Source of the DNA: an uncultured delta proteobacterium
Lineage (GTDB): Bacteria; Desulfobacterota; Desulfomonilia; UBA1062
Direction: 5' to 3'
DNA length: 52,021 bases
Assembly (NCBI GenBank): GCA_963798485.1
Contig: CAWCTR010000006.1
Location: 1-52,021, forward strand
How positions within the stretch are numbered: the first letter of the stretch is position 1; every line of letters starts with the position of its first letter. The notes beneath the pieces are model-generated. The model searched no databases and was not told the DNA's origin. It saw nothing but the letters and a program-made list of their open reading frames with translations. The translations under genes and the position numbers were made by a program. Of this stretch, positions 38,360-47,262 are shown one piece after another.

Positions 38360-40354
38360 ATGTCATATAAGCTCGTCTCGCCCTTCAGCCCGCAGGGTGA
38401 CCAGCCTCAGGCCATTGATGCCCTCTGCGAAGGCATTGAGCATGGCATACGCGACCAGGTGCTCCTGGGGGTGACCGGCTCGGGCAAGACCTTTACCATG
38501 GCCTGCGTCATCAACGAGACAGCCAGGCCGGCCCTTGTGATAGCGCCGAATAAAATCCTGGCGGCACAGCTTTATGGAGAATTCCGGGAGCTCTTCCCGG
38601 AAAATTCCGTGGAATACTTTATCAGCTATTATGACTATTACCAGCCCGAGGCCTACGTGCCTTCAAGGGACCTGTACATAGAGAAGGACTCTTCCATCAA
38701 CGAAGACATAGACAAGCTCAGGCACAGGGCCACCAGGGCGCTATTCGAACAGCAGGAGTCCATCATCGTGGCCTCGGTTTCCTGCATCTATGGCCTGGGG
38801 TCCCCCGAGGCGTATCAGGGCATGCTCCTTTACCTGGAAGAAGGCCGTAACATGGGCAGGGACGAGATCTTGAAAAAGCTCGTGGAGATTCAGTATGTGC
38901 GCAATGACCTTGATTTTCACCGCGGCACCTTCCGGGTCAGGGGCGATGTCATCGAGGTCTTCCCGGTTCATGAAGACGAGACTGCACTGCGCATAGAACT
39001 GTTTGGCGACGATATCGACGCGCTGTGGCAGATCGATACGATCCGGAACAAGAAGATCAAGCGGATAGGCCACATCCCCATCTACCCCGCCTCCCATTAC
39101 GTGACCCCGCGATCAATTCTCATCAATGCCATTGACGCCATAAAGGAAGAACTGAAAGAACGAATAGCGTTCTATCAGGCGCACAACCGGCTCATAGAGG
39201 CTCAGCGGATCGAGGAGAGAACAAGGTACGACCTCGAAATGCTCATGGAGACAGGCAGCTGCAAGGGGATTGAGAACTATTCAAGGCACCTCACGGGCCG
39301 CAGCCAGGGTGATCCCCCCCCTACCCTCATGGACTACGTGCCGAAAAATACCATCGTGTTCTTGGATGAGTCACATGTGGGGGTGCCGCAGCTCATCGGC
39401 ATGTACCGTGGTGATCACTCGAGGAAGTCGACACTCGTGGAATACGGGTTCAGGTTGCCTTCCGCACTTGATAACAGGCCTTTACGGTTTGATGAGTTCA
39501 ACCGGATCGTTAGCAGCATCGTCTATGTCTCAGCCACCCCGGGTGACTATGAGATTAAACAGGCCAAGGGAAAGGTGGTGGAGCAGGTCGTGAGGCCTAC
39601 AGGCCTACTGGACCCTATCATTGACATACGGCCCGCCACCGGCCAGGTGGATGATCTCTACCGCGAGATTGTCAAGACCGTGGGCAAAGGTGGCCGTGTG
39701 CTCGTCACAACCTTGACCAAGAGGATGTCGGAAGAGCTCACTGAATATTTCCAGGGCCTTGATATCAAGGTGAAATACATGCACTCGGATATCGACACCA
39801 TTGAGAGGATCGAGATTATCAAGGGCCTGAGGGAAGGCGTCTTTGATGTCCTGATAGGCATCAACCTCCTGAGGGAAGGGCTCGACATACCGGAGGTGAC
39901 ACTTGTCGCCATCCTGGATGCCGACAAGGAAGGCTTTCTTAGGTCCACCCGTTCCCTTATCCAGACCTCGGGCAGGGCTGCAAGGAACATCAACGGCCAC
40001 GTCATCATGTATGCCGATACAAGAACCGCATCCATAGAAAAGGCATATTCCGAGACCACTAGGCGGAGGAAAAAACAGGAGCAGTATAATAAGGCGCATA
40101 ACATCACACCGAGGAGCATCCAGAAGAACATCCGGGATATCCTTGCTTCCATCTATGAGCGTGATTACCCTGACATCTCAGCGCAGATCAAGACATCCAT
40201 GGGCACCATCGAGATCAGGAAGGTAAAGGACACGATTCATGACCTGGAAAAAAAGATGATGAAGGCCGCCCAGGACCTGCGGTTTGAAGAAGCAGCCGAG
40301 ATAAGGGACGAGGTGAAACGACTGAAAAGGATTCACCTGGCGGTGGAGGGTTGA
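38360..40354 (+). CDS. uvrB: Excinuclease ABC subunit B
   Basis: [39 protein letters not shown] and C-terminal UVR domain. Confidence 0.98.
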   Translation: MSYKLVSPFSPQGDQPQAIDALCEGIEHGIRDQVLLGVTGSGKTFTMACVINETARPALVIAPNKILAAQLYGEFRELFPENSVEYFISYYDYYQPEAYVPSRDLYIEKDSSINEDIDKLRHRATRALFEQQESIIVASVSCIYGLGSPEAYQGMLLYLEEGRNMGRDEILKKLVEIQYVRNDLDFHRGTFRVRGDVIEVFPVHEDETALRIELFGDDIDALWQIDTIRNKKIKRIGHIPIYPASHYVTPRSILINAIDAIKEELKERIAFYQAHNRLIEAQRIEERTRYDLEMLMETGSCKGIENYSRHLTGRSQGDPPPTLMDYVPKNTIVFLDESHVGVPQLIGMYRGDHSRKSTLVEYGFRLPSALDNRPLRFDEFNRIVSSIVYVSATPGDYEIKQAKGKVVEQVVRPTGLLDPIIDIRPATGQVDDLYREIVKTVGKGGRVLVTTLTKRMSEELTEYFQGLDIKVKYMHSDIDTIERIEIIKGLREGVFDVLIGINLLREGLDIPEVTLVAILDADKEGFLRSTRSLIQTSGRAARNINGHVIMYADTRTASIEKAYSETTRRRKKQEQYNKAHNITPRSIQKNIRDILASIYERDYPDISAQIKTSMGTIEIRKVKDTIHDLEKKMMKAAQDLRFEEAAEIRDEVKRLKRIHLAVEG

Positions 40355-41079
40355 GAGTGTTATCCGATCTTGAAGCCATGGGCTATATTCTTCGTGAGGA
40401 AGGCGACCTTACCCTCATCTACAAACCTGCCTTGCCTAACCTATGGGATCTGGCCAAGACCAAAGGGCCTATGGGTGAAACCACGACACTGGTAGGGAGA
40501 TCCCCTCTGAGGTTCATCGAACCCGATATGGTGGTACGCACCCTCATGCACGGGGGGGTATTCAGACATATCACTGGGAAGAGATTCTTACAGCCGAACC
40601 GGACCCTACGGGAACTCAAGGTGAGTGCATATCTTGCCGCACACGGCATAAGCACCCCGGAGATCCTCGCTGTGAGGCTTATCAAAGAAGGGCTGTTTTA
40701 TTCCATTGATGTGGTCTCTAGGTTCATCCCTGACTCCGAGGATCTGCTGGTTCATTTTGAGAAAGACCATACAGACAACCTAGAGCTTATGAAAAAATCC
40801 GGATCGCTTATCAGAGCGATCCACGACCTTGGTGTTTATCACACTGACCTCCATATCAAAAATCTCCTCATGGATAGCTCAGGGAACCTATGGGTGCTCG
40901 ATCTCGACAAGGCCTATCAATTCGACCTGCTGCCCGAGTTCATGAAACAGATGAATCTGAAACGTTTTATAAGATCTATAAAAAAACGGCAGACAAAAGG
41001 CCGTATTCACCTACCTGATAAATGGGCATCGAGCTTCCTGGATGGGTATCATAGAATCTCGTCGTCAACATTCGGATAA
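40351..41079 (+). CDS. Kdo kinase-like / LPS kinase (Kdo/WaaP) family protein
   Basis: [32 protein letters not shown] and NLKRF motifs. Confidence 0.8.
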   Translation: MRVLSDLEAMGYILREEGDLTLIYKPALPNLWDLAKTKGPMGETTTLVGRSPLRFIEPDMVVRTLMHGGVFRHITGKRFLQPNRTLRELKVSAYLAAHGISTPEILAVRLIKEGLFYSIDVVSRFIPDSEDLLVHFEKDHTDNLELMKKSGSLIRAIHDLGVYHTDLHIKNLLMDSSGNLWVLDLDKAYQFDLLPEFMKQMNLKRFIRSIKKRQTKGRIHLPDKWASSFLDGYHRISSSTFG

Positions 41080-41138
41080 TATGCCACAGGGCAAGACTAC
41101 TCATTTGGCCGGGATAAAGTCTCATTTATAAGATAACT

Positions 41139-41867
41139 TCAGCTCTGCCCCGACAAGTCCTGCATTGCCCTTCGTATATCATTCATAAGGCGGTCCCGTT
41201 CATCCATACTGTATCCAGAGGCATCGATGGTTTCACCGATATTCACCAGAACCTTCTGATTGAGATTGAACTCAAAACTATCCGGCTTGAGGATTTTCTG
41301 TGAACCCTGAATCCCCACCGGAATAATAACCGCGCCCATCTGCAGGGCGAGCATAATCCCACCCTTTTTGAACTCACCGAGTTTGCCGGTACGCGACCGT
41401 GTACCTTCCGGCGCAACCCAGAGCACAATACCACTCTCCATCATCTTCCTGGCTTCATCAAGATCCCTGAGTGCCTGCTCATGATTATGGCGGTCAATGG
41501 AGATGAATTCTACGGCCTTCATGGCTCTGCCCCATATGGGGATCTTGAAAAGCTCTTTCTTGGTCAGCATACGGATACTGCCGGGCAGAGAGACAAAGAT
41601 AAGGGGGATATCGTAATGACTCCGATGGTTTGACATGATTATATGGGCCCTGCCGGGTGTTATGGTGACATGATGAGGGTTCTTCACCTCCCATGAGGCA
41701 TCCACTGCCTTCAGGAGAATCGTTGACCACCATCTGAGGACATTGGTTGCATGTTCCCTGTCATATGTATTGGTAAACCTCATATAGAGCCCATAGATCG
41801 ATATTACCAAGGTTGGGGCAATCGTTGTTAAGATGATTAAAATCCTTTTTAGGAATGATGCCTTCAT
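41139..41867 (-). CDS. plsC: 1-acyl-sn-glycerol-3-phosphate acyltransferase (PlsC family)
   Basis: NHRSHYD, KKEL, IDR, PEGTRS and FKKG motifs. Confidence 0.9.
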   Translation of the reverse strand: MKASFLKRILIILTTIAPTLVISIYGLYMRFTNTYDREHATNVLRWWSTILLKAVDASWEVKNPHHVTITPGRAHIIMSNHRSHYDIPLIFVSLPGSIRMLTKKELFKIPIWGRAMKAVEFISIDRHNHEQALRDLDEARKMMESGIVLWVAPEGTRSRTGKLGEFKKGGIMLALQMGAVIIPVGIQGSQKILKPDSFEFNLNQKVLVNIGETIDASGYSMDERDRLMNDIRRAMQDLSGQS

Positions 41868-41969
41868 TACCGGATCGCTCCTCTTTTCCTAAAATGATGA
41901 CTTATTTATTAATATCAAACTTGGAATAATCCTTGAGCCTGTTACCGGGGTTTAAGGTATTGAGTTGAA

Positions 41970-42362
41970 TCAGTGCTTCCCCCTTTTTTTCTCTTTCATC
42001 TTCTTTTGAACAAATTCGTGTTCTTTTCTCAGATGATCCACCAAGTCACTGAACTTCCAGGAAATATTCTCCCGGGTGACCATTGCAAAGATAGGCTGAA
42101 AGAGACCTTCCTTCTTTACCTCATTCATAATCTTATGGATGACTTGGGCCGGGACATTAAAGAAAAGCAGAATCTTTTCATCCGGATCAAGGGGCTCATC
42201 TCCCTTCTTGTCAGAAAAGAGTATCTCATGGACCAGGAGATGGCCCTGGTCAGGCTCAATAACCATTGTTTGCGGGGCGGAGAGCCACTGAAGAAACTGT
42301 TCAAACTTGTCCTTTTCGTCGTAACTGAATCCCCAGTATAATATTTTCGGGCTCGGGTCCAT
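41970..42362 (-). CDS. DUF3783-like protein
   Basis: C-terminal IFAMVTRENISWKFSDLVDHLRKEHE resembles the DUF3783 signature. Confidence 0.7.
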   Translation of the reverse strand: MDPSPKILYWGFSYDEKDKFEQFLQWLSAPQTMVIEPDQGHLLVHEILFSDKKGDEPLDPDEKILLFFNVPAQVIHKIMNEVKKEGLFQPIFAMVTRENISWKFSDLVDHLRKEHEFVQKKMKEKKRGKH

Positions 42363-42563
42363 ATTATATCCTCAATAAATTAATCGTACTATATGATCTT
42401 GTGCTTTCGGATTGATTTATTCTTGTATAATAGCATGAGGGAATGCCATTGGTACATCCTCTCTTTTCATTATTACATGATTGAAATCACAATGAACACG
42501 GAAATGGCTTTACTAATGTAAATTTTTCGTTATACCGATAGACGAATATATCACTTCAGGAGG

Positions 42564-42860
42564 ATGCCGCAGATGAGGTGCCCGAAATGTGGTTATATTA
42601 GTTACGATTATTTAGACCGTTGTAAGAGCTGCGGGGAAGACCTTATTCCCACCAAGATAAAACTCAATATCTACACGAAGCAACCAGAAATAGAAATCAG
42701 CGATGAAGGCTTTGCCGTAGACAAAGTAGAAGAAGATCGCAAGGATCTCCTCGGCCAGGAATCACCCCGAAAAAGCAAGGACGTGTCAATGGATGATGTG
42801 CTCAAAGAAGAGGGTGAAACCCTGGAAAGTTTTGACTTCAGCGAAGACGAAAAGCCTTGA
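42564..42860 (+). CDS. Zinc-ribbon protein with acidic tail
   Basis: MRCPKCGYISYDYLDRCKSCG; AGGAGG RBS (true start may be 42573). Confidence 0.75.
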   Translation: MPQMRCPKCGYISYDYLDRCKSCGEDLIPTKIKLNIYTKQPEIEISDEGFAVDKVEEDRKDLLGQESPRKSKDVSMDDVLKEEGETLESFDFSEDEKP

Positions 42861-42886
42861 CAAGCCCCCCCAAATTCAATACACAT
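42857..42886 (+). promoter_or_regulatory. Probable tRNA promoter
   Basis: TTGACA (42857-42862)-17 bp-TACACA upstream of the tRNA. Confidence 0.55.
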
Positions 42887-42896
42887 CCCTACGGTT

Positions 42897-42969
42897 GCCG
42901 AGGTAGCTCAGTAGGTAGAGCAGAGGACTGAAAATCCTCGTGTCGGCGGTTCAACTCCGTCCCTCGGCA
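42897..42969 (+). tRNA. tRNA-Phe (GAA), CCA not encoded
   Basis: Cloverleaf GCCGAGG/CCTCGGC, D arm GCTC/GAGC, anticodon arm GAGGA-CTGAAAA-TCCTC, T arm GGCGG-TTCAACT-CCGTC. Confidence 0.98.
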
Positions 42970-42973
42970 TCAG
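42925..42973 (+). repeat. att site (tRNA-proximal), 49 bp
   Basis: GGACTGAAAATCCTCGTGTCGGCGGTTCAACTCCGTCCCTCGGCATCAG, identical to 48868-48916. Confidence 0.96.
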
Positions 42974-43029
42974 TCGCTGCCTTATTCTTCAGGGTTTTCA
43001 AGCTTCTTACAATATCCTTGAAGACAATA

Positions 43030-43051
43030 TTTTCTCCCACTACTCTCCCAC
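43030..43051 (+). repeat. Putative integrase arm-type sites (left)
   Basis: TTTTCTCCCAC-TACTCTCCCAC, matching TTCTATCCCAC x2 at 48681-48702. Confidence 0.65.
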
Positions 43052-43074
43052 TTATTTTTATTTTGCCTATATAA

Positions 43075-43119
43075 ACGAAAAGGGCAGGAAAACCTCGTGA
43101 GTCTTCCTGCCCTTTTCGT
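43075..43119. terminator. Bidirectional intrinsic terminator
   Basis: 16-bp perfect stem ACGAAAAGGGCAGGAA / TTCCTGCCCTTTTCGT between the tRNA and the convergent element genes. Confidence 0.8.
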
Positions 43120-43155
43120 CCTGGTAGGCTGCCGGGATAACAAACCTAAGCTTGA

Positions 43156-43344
43156 TCATTTGAAAATATATGCTTCCTTGCCCATGACTACGTTGGAACG
43201 CCGCACCAGCAACACATCAGAGCTTCCCGGTTCAAGGATGCAGAGATCACCGGTTGTCTTGTCCCGAAAAATATCCTGTGCCACATGCTGAAAGCCCCTT
43301 TCTCCAAGAACCTCATTACTGATTACTGACATCGTGAACGCCAT
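43156..43344 (-). CDS. Small hypothetical cargo protein (62 aa)
   Basis: Strong AAAGGAGG RBS, own promoter-like region upstream and a terminator downstream. Confidence 0.7.
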   Translation of the reverse strand: MAFTMSVISNEVLGERGFQHVAQDIFRDKTTGDLCILEPGSSDVLLVRRSNVVMGKEAYIFK

Positions 43345-43399
43345 GTGAACCTCCTTTAAATTTTTTCATTATGTATCATCATAAAAATGGTGGCGTCAA

Positions 43400-43444
43400 T
43401 AAGTAAGTGCTTGTTTTTGTTTATATTATCTAAGCACTTACTTA
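43400..43444. promoter_or_regulatory. 13-bp inverted repeat upstream of the 62-aa gene
   Basis: TAAGTAAGTGCTT-N19-AAGCACTTACTTA, abutting minus-strand TTGACG (43394-43399). Confidence 0.55.
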
Positions 43445-43461
43445 CTTATCCGTTGTCAACT

Positions 43462-44019
43462 CTAGGGCTCTTCGTCTCCGTCTCCCTCAACTTCATTGCG
43501 CACCAGCTCAATAAGTGCCTTCTGCCCCTCTTCATCTTCGATCAAATCAATCGGCAGGCCTACAAAATGGTTCCAGTCTGACACGGGTGCAAATTCTGAC
43601 GAAAGTCTGGCAATGTACTCGTCCGTTGATTCCCCTTCTAGGATCGGGTGTGTCTTCAGGTAAGCACAATACCAGTAACGATGGTAGAACTCGAAAAGAA
43701 GCCTCTGGCTCTCATCAGGGAAGCCATAGAAAAAGACCAATGGTTGCCCGTGGTGGACGCCGCTGGTGCTTCCCACGGCCTCATCAATGGCCTTATCAAG
43801 GGCGCTGTGCATCAAGCTCAACCCCGTCATCAGTCCTTTGTATCGGTCTGTGCTGATCCGCCCTTGTGCTGACAGGCGGGTTAGTTTGCTCATTACACCG
43901 AATATATCACCGTGTGTCTTGATTCGCAGACGTTTGAAGAAAGCCTCTTCTGAGAATGCTTTCCCCTTCGGTTTCGTCTTTCTCCCTGTTTTCGTCTTTA
44001 CTGCCGGAGCGCTTTCCAT
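43462..44019 (-). CDS. Hypothetical element protein (185 aa)
   Basis: GAGG RBS; basic N-terminus then a helical segment; co-oriented with the element genes. Confidence 0.7.
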   Translation of the reverse strand: MESAPAVKTKTGRKTKPKGKAFSEEAFFKRLRIKTHGDIFGVMSKLTRLSAQGRISTDRYKGLMTGLSLMHSALDKAIDEAVGSTSGVHHGQPLVFFYGFPDESQRLLFEFYHRYWYCAYLKTHPILEGESTDEYIARLSSEFAPVSDWNHFVGLPIDLIEDEEGQKALIELVRNEVEGDGDEEP

Positions 44020-44099
44020 GCTACTCTACCTCAATTCATCATACAAAAAGTGTCTCATAAATACCCTTATGGGTGCGAAAATTGGCAAAAAGTGAGCGG

Positions 44100-44459
44100 T
44101 TAGCCGCTCACCCCAAGCCTATTATAAATCTCGTCAACGATCCGAATGAGGGTTTTTGCCGCACTTTGGGACGGTGGTAGAAATATTTTTGTGACGGTCT
44201 TACTAATAACCGTCTCGGTTCCATCAGGAGCTATCACCTCAACAGTTTTGGTCACTGTGCGCTTCCTGTTGGGATTGCAAGCATCAAATATACAACCTAT
44301 GGCCCTGCCCTTGAGACGCTTCAAATCGGGCATTATAAGCGCCAATGCGGCCTGTTTCACCTGGGCCTGAATCTCTGCCGGTGTAAGTTTCTTCATCTTT
44401 ACCATCATTTTTTTCCTTTCAATTATGTGGGGGTGTGTAAGTATGGACATTTCACTCAC
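44100..44459 (-). CDS. Hypothetical protein, possibly terminase small subunit-like
   Basis: Beta-hairpin TVTKTVEV...KTVTKIFLPPSQSAA recalls the TerS-type VTKxxPPDxxA motif; start uncertain (possibly ~44407 or 44397). Confidence 0.5.
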   Translation of the reverse strand: MSEMSILTHPHIIERKKMMVKMKKLTPAEIQAQVKQAALALIMPDLKRLKGRAIGCIFDACNPNRKRTVTKTVEVIAPDGTETVISKTVTKIFLPPSQSAAKTLIRIVDEIYNRLGVSG

Positions 44460-44488
44460 ACACCCCCGGGCCGGGAGGCAGACTTTTA

Positions 44489-45308
44489 TTATGCGACTGC
44501 TAACCCTCTTTGGGCTGCCTTCTCAACGGCGCTCTGAGCTAGAGCTGGGTCGAGTTTGTCACTAGTTAAGGCCCGGAAAGACAGGGGCCGGATGTCACAC
44601 GTATTGTTTTTGTTATTTACGTACTCAAGCCTCGCCATTTCGCAGGTGATTCCACCAGGCATACCGGCATCGATCAAACATGATTTTGCATGATATAAGA
44701 CGTAACTGTAAGCATCCCTCAAAAGAGTGGTCAGGCGCACCGTCTGGACCTCTTCGGGGTGCCCCATCTCCGCCCGGAGCCGCTTCCCCTTTGTGATCGT
44801 CTCAGCATTTACAACCGGGTAAGCTTGAGGCGCCAGCTTCCACGGCTGCAACGAAAAGCGGATCACTGGCATCACCGCACTTTTCCAAATAAAGCCTGCG
44901 GATATCCCTTGCGGTCTTACTGTCCGTTATATTCGCCCTTAATAAATCACGGATTTCTTTTTGTGCCATGAAATCAACCATGGCGTTGCCGGTACTGAAT
45001 GGCCGCACAACAATCTTTGCCTGTACTTGGGCGATTGTGGATGTCGCCATATCGATTAAACCGCCCCCTAACTTCTCAATATCATTCCAGTATTTTACAA
45101 AATACTGGGCGAGGGATAACTGCTTGCCGGTTGGGCTCAACGTAGCATCCCACTGGGTTTGGGAAATAAATGCATCCAGTAAGCCCAAATCAGCCTTGAT
45201 GCCGGAGACAAGCTTTTTTACTTGGCCAGTATATGTGGCGTCTCCGCCTGCCTTGGTAAGCCGGTTAATCCCTAATTCTTGCGCCATGTCTAAACCACTG
45301 TAAATCAT
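44489..45308 (-). CDS. Hypothetical element protein (~272 aa), probably one gene split by a +1 frameshift at ~44833
   Basis: ORFs 44802-45308 and 44489-44875 overlap; deleting one G gives DPLFVAAVEAAPQAYPVV; AGGAG RBS at the 45308 start. Confidence 0.65.
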
Positions 45309-45326
45309 TGATATATCTCCTTTTAT

Positions 45327-45557
45327 TTAGTTTTTATTTGGTGTTGGAAATAATTGTTCAATGGGTACATCAAGAAAGCTGGCAACGAGCCGCTTCTGAG
45401 CTTCCCTGGGTATCAGAAACCCTCTCGCAATCAGAGATGCCTCGGAAATCGGCCTGCCAAGGGCCTCCGCAAACTGGACCATCGTTTTGCCTCGTTTTTT
45501 TAGCCAAAGTCGAACCAATGGGTAAGGCTTTGTCTTCTTCTTTGTTAGGTCTAACAC
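45327..45557 (-). CDS. XRE/Cro-like HTH protein
   Basis: LKKRGKTMVQFAEALG...IARG..P....RLVASFLDVPIEQLF pattern. Confidence 0.8.
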   Translation of the reverse strand: MLDLTKKKTKPYPLVRLWLKKRGKTMVQFAEALGRPISEASLIARGFLIPREAQKRLVASFLDVPIEQLFPTPNKN

Positions 45558-45865
45558 TGCTCACCCCCTTGGCCGGTTGTGGTGCTTTTCAAGGGAAAAA
45601 TAGCGTTCGGTACGGTGCTGGTGTGGCCTCCACACTTCTCGCCCTTGATCATGGAAGCCGGAAAGATTAAGTCTTCCGGTTGATTTAGATACCGGGCAAT
45701 CATCTTCCTGCAATTAGCGTCCTGTGGCACTGTATAGCCGTTCGCAATGCTGCTTACCCTGGAAAGCGACATACCCCAGTCAAAGGCCGCCTGGGTGAGA
45801 GTGATACCACCGAGTTTGAGAAGGTCTTTGATAATGCCAACAGCTTTGTTATGGATAACCGTCAT
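45551..45865 (-). CDS. XRE/Cro-like HTH protein
   Basis: GITLTQAAFDWGMSLSRVSSIANG..P.....KMIARYLNQPEDLIF pattern; GGAGG RBS. Confidence 0.8.
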   Translation of the reverse strand: MTVIHNKAVGIIKDLLKLGGITLTQAAFDWGMSLSRVSSIANGYTVPQDANCRKMIARYLNQPEDLIFPASMIKGEKCGGHTSTVPNAIFPLKSTTTGQGGEQC

Positions 45866-45867
45866 TG

Positions 45868-46341
45868 TTATACCTCCAAAAGTAGTTTTTTGCTTGTCTG
45901 TCCGAAAACGGGATGGAACATATCTTCACTGTAATTATTGACTGTCATGTACCTTACAAGCCCCTTAAGGTCGTCTATTTCCACAGCCTTAATGTTACCG
46001 GGCCATAACTGCGGGTTGCGCTCTTCAAAGCGCATATCGAAACGTCTATTATCCAGTAATGAGACTCCCTGCCTATCTTTTCCCCAAAGGAGAAGATGCA
46101 CGTGTATTCGTTTGCTCACTCCTGCGTCTGTGATTATTCCCCGATAGGCCAATTGCGCTTTGAGAGCCTTGGCCTGCCTCAATGCCCACTTATCAAGCTG
46201 GATAGCGGCCTTCTCAATGCTGCTGACCTTCAGCGTTGTGGAGAGAATGACATGATGAGTTGCAGGGCACTCAAGCAACCATTCAGCAATCCTATCCCTC
46301 GGTGCGCTTGCTGCCTCATCATTTGCCAGGTTGTTAATCAC
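45868..46341 (-). CDS. Putative minimal HUH endonuclease (rolling-circle Rep-like)
   Basis: Motif I-like HVILST, motif II HVHLLL, W-x-G, motif III-like LVRYMT; AAGGAG RBS. Confidence 0.55.
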   Translation of the reverse strand: MINNLANDEAASAPRDRIAEWLLECPATHHVILSTTLKVSSIEKAAIQLDKWALRQAKALKAQLAYRGIITDAGVSKRIHVHLLLWGKDRQGVSLLDNRRFDMRFEERNPQLWPGNIKAVEIDDLKGLVRYMTVNNYSEDMFHPVFGQTSKKLLLEV

Positions 46342-46465
46342 TTAATTACCATCTCCTTTCTGCCGCCCCTTTTACTCTTAGACCTTGGACTAAGGCCCCG
46401 TCTGTAGAACCGCTTAAAACCTCAATAATCTGTGAAACAAGCTGTTTAATAAATTGCCATCACAA

Positions 46466-46573
46466 AAGACCGGCATATAAGATACAGGTCTTACCGCCCG
46501 TGAACGGTACAGCCTGACATGGTAGGTAGCTCATGCTATCCATGGGAAATAGCGCCTGCCATGCTGTCAGCTG
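46466..46573. other. Hairpin cluster upstream of the HUH gene; candidate nick site/origin or RNA structure
   Basis: AAGACC-N15-GGTCTT (46466-46492) and a long hairpin CTGACA-TGGTAGG...GCTAT..ATAGC..CCTGCCA..TGTCAG (46510-46573). Confidence 0.45.
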
Positions 46574-46982
46574 ACTTGTGATCGTGATCAATACTTTCAT
46601 GTTTCAGCCTTTATTCTTCATCTTCGTGCTGCCCCTCTATATAAAGTGTTTTTTACGACACTTTATACTTGAATATACCACGTTGATTGACTTTACGTGC
46701 AGGTTTCCAAGGGATTTTGATATGCTATTATTAGACCTAATTACTATAATTACTTAGGGGTGTTTTACATGGCAAAATTTGATGATACTGGGAGAATAGT
46801 GGGATAATTCAGGCTGCCGGAATGGTTAGGGGCTTTTATTGTATCTATATGTAGCTAATTAATTTAGTGTTTTTTTGATTTAGAGGTCCCCCAACACGGG
46901 GATATTAAATCCCCTTATCATTTTCTCCGTTGCCAGCCCTATAGGCTCATTTGATCGAAGGTAGTGTTTTCGCCGTTAGCCA

Positions 46983-47252
46983 CTATGATGATATTTTCGC
47001 ACACAGGAAGACTTGTCCCTCTTCGGGCTGGCCAGTTACAGGCGTGGTTTTACTGTCCAACCAAAAAATTAAATCATCAATCGGATAGGCCACGTCTCTT
47101 CCAACCCTGATAGCTCCTCGTGGGCCTTGATGCAAAACATCCATATTCGCCATGTGTCCGATCGTAAAGAGGCCGCCTGTGAAATCGGAAATCTTTTTAC
47201 GGGCAACCCACACGGACGGCCATTTCGTAGCCTGCTTTGACCATGGCGACAT
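46983..47252 (-). CDS. Excisionase/AlpA-like winged-helix DNA-binding protein
   Basis: Start MSPWSK with GGAG RBS just after int; MANMD...GP...RVGRDVAYPIDDLIFWL pattern. Confidence 0.75.
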   Translation of the reverse strand: MSPWSKQATKWPSVWVARKKISDFTGGLFTIGHMANMDVLHQGPRGAIRVGRDVAYPIDDLIFWLDSKTTPVTGQPEEGQVFLCAKISS

Positions 47253-47262
47253 TTTATTGCTC

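Noticed and set aside
46459-46600. 46-aa minus-strand ORF (MKVLITITSQ...) in the element gap
   Set aside because: No convincing RBS, and it coincides with the hairpins, which explain the region better; not fully excluded.
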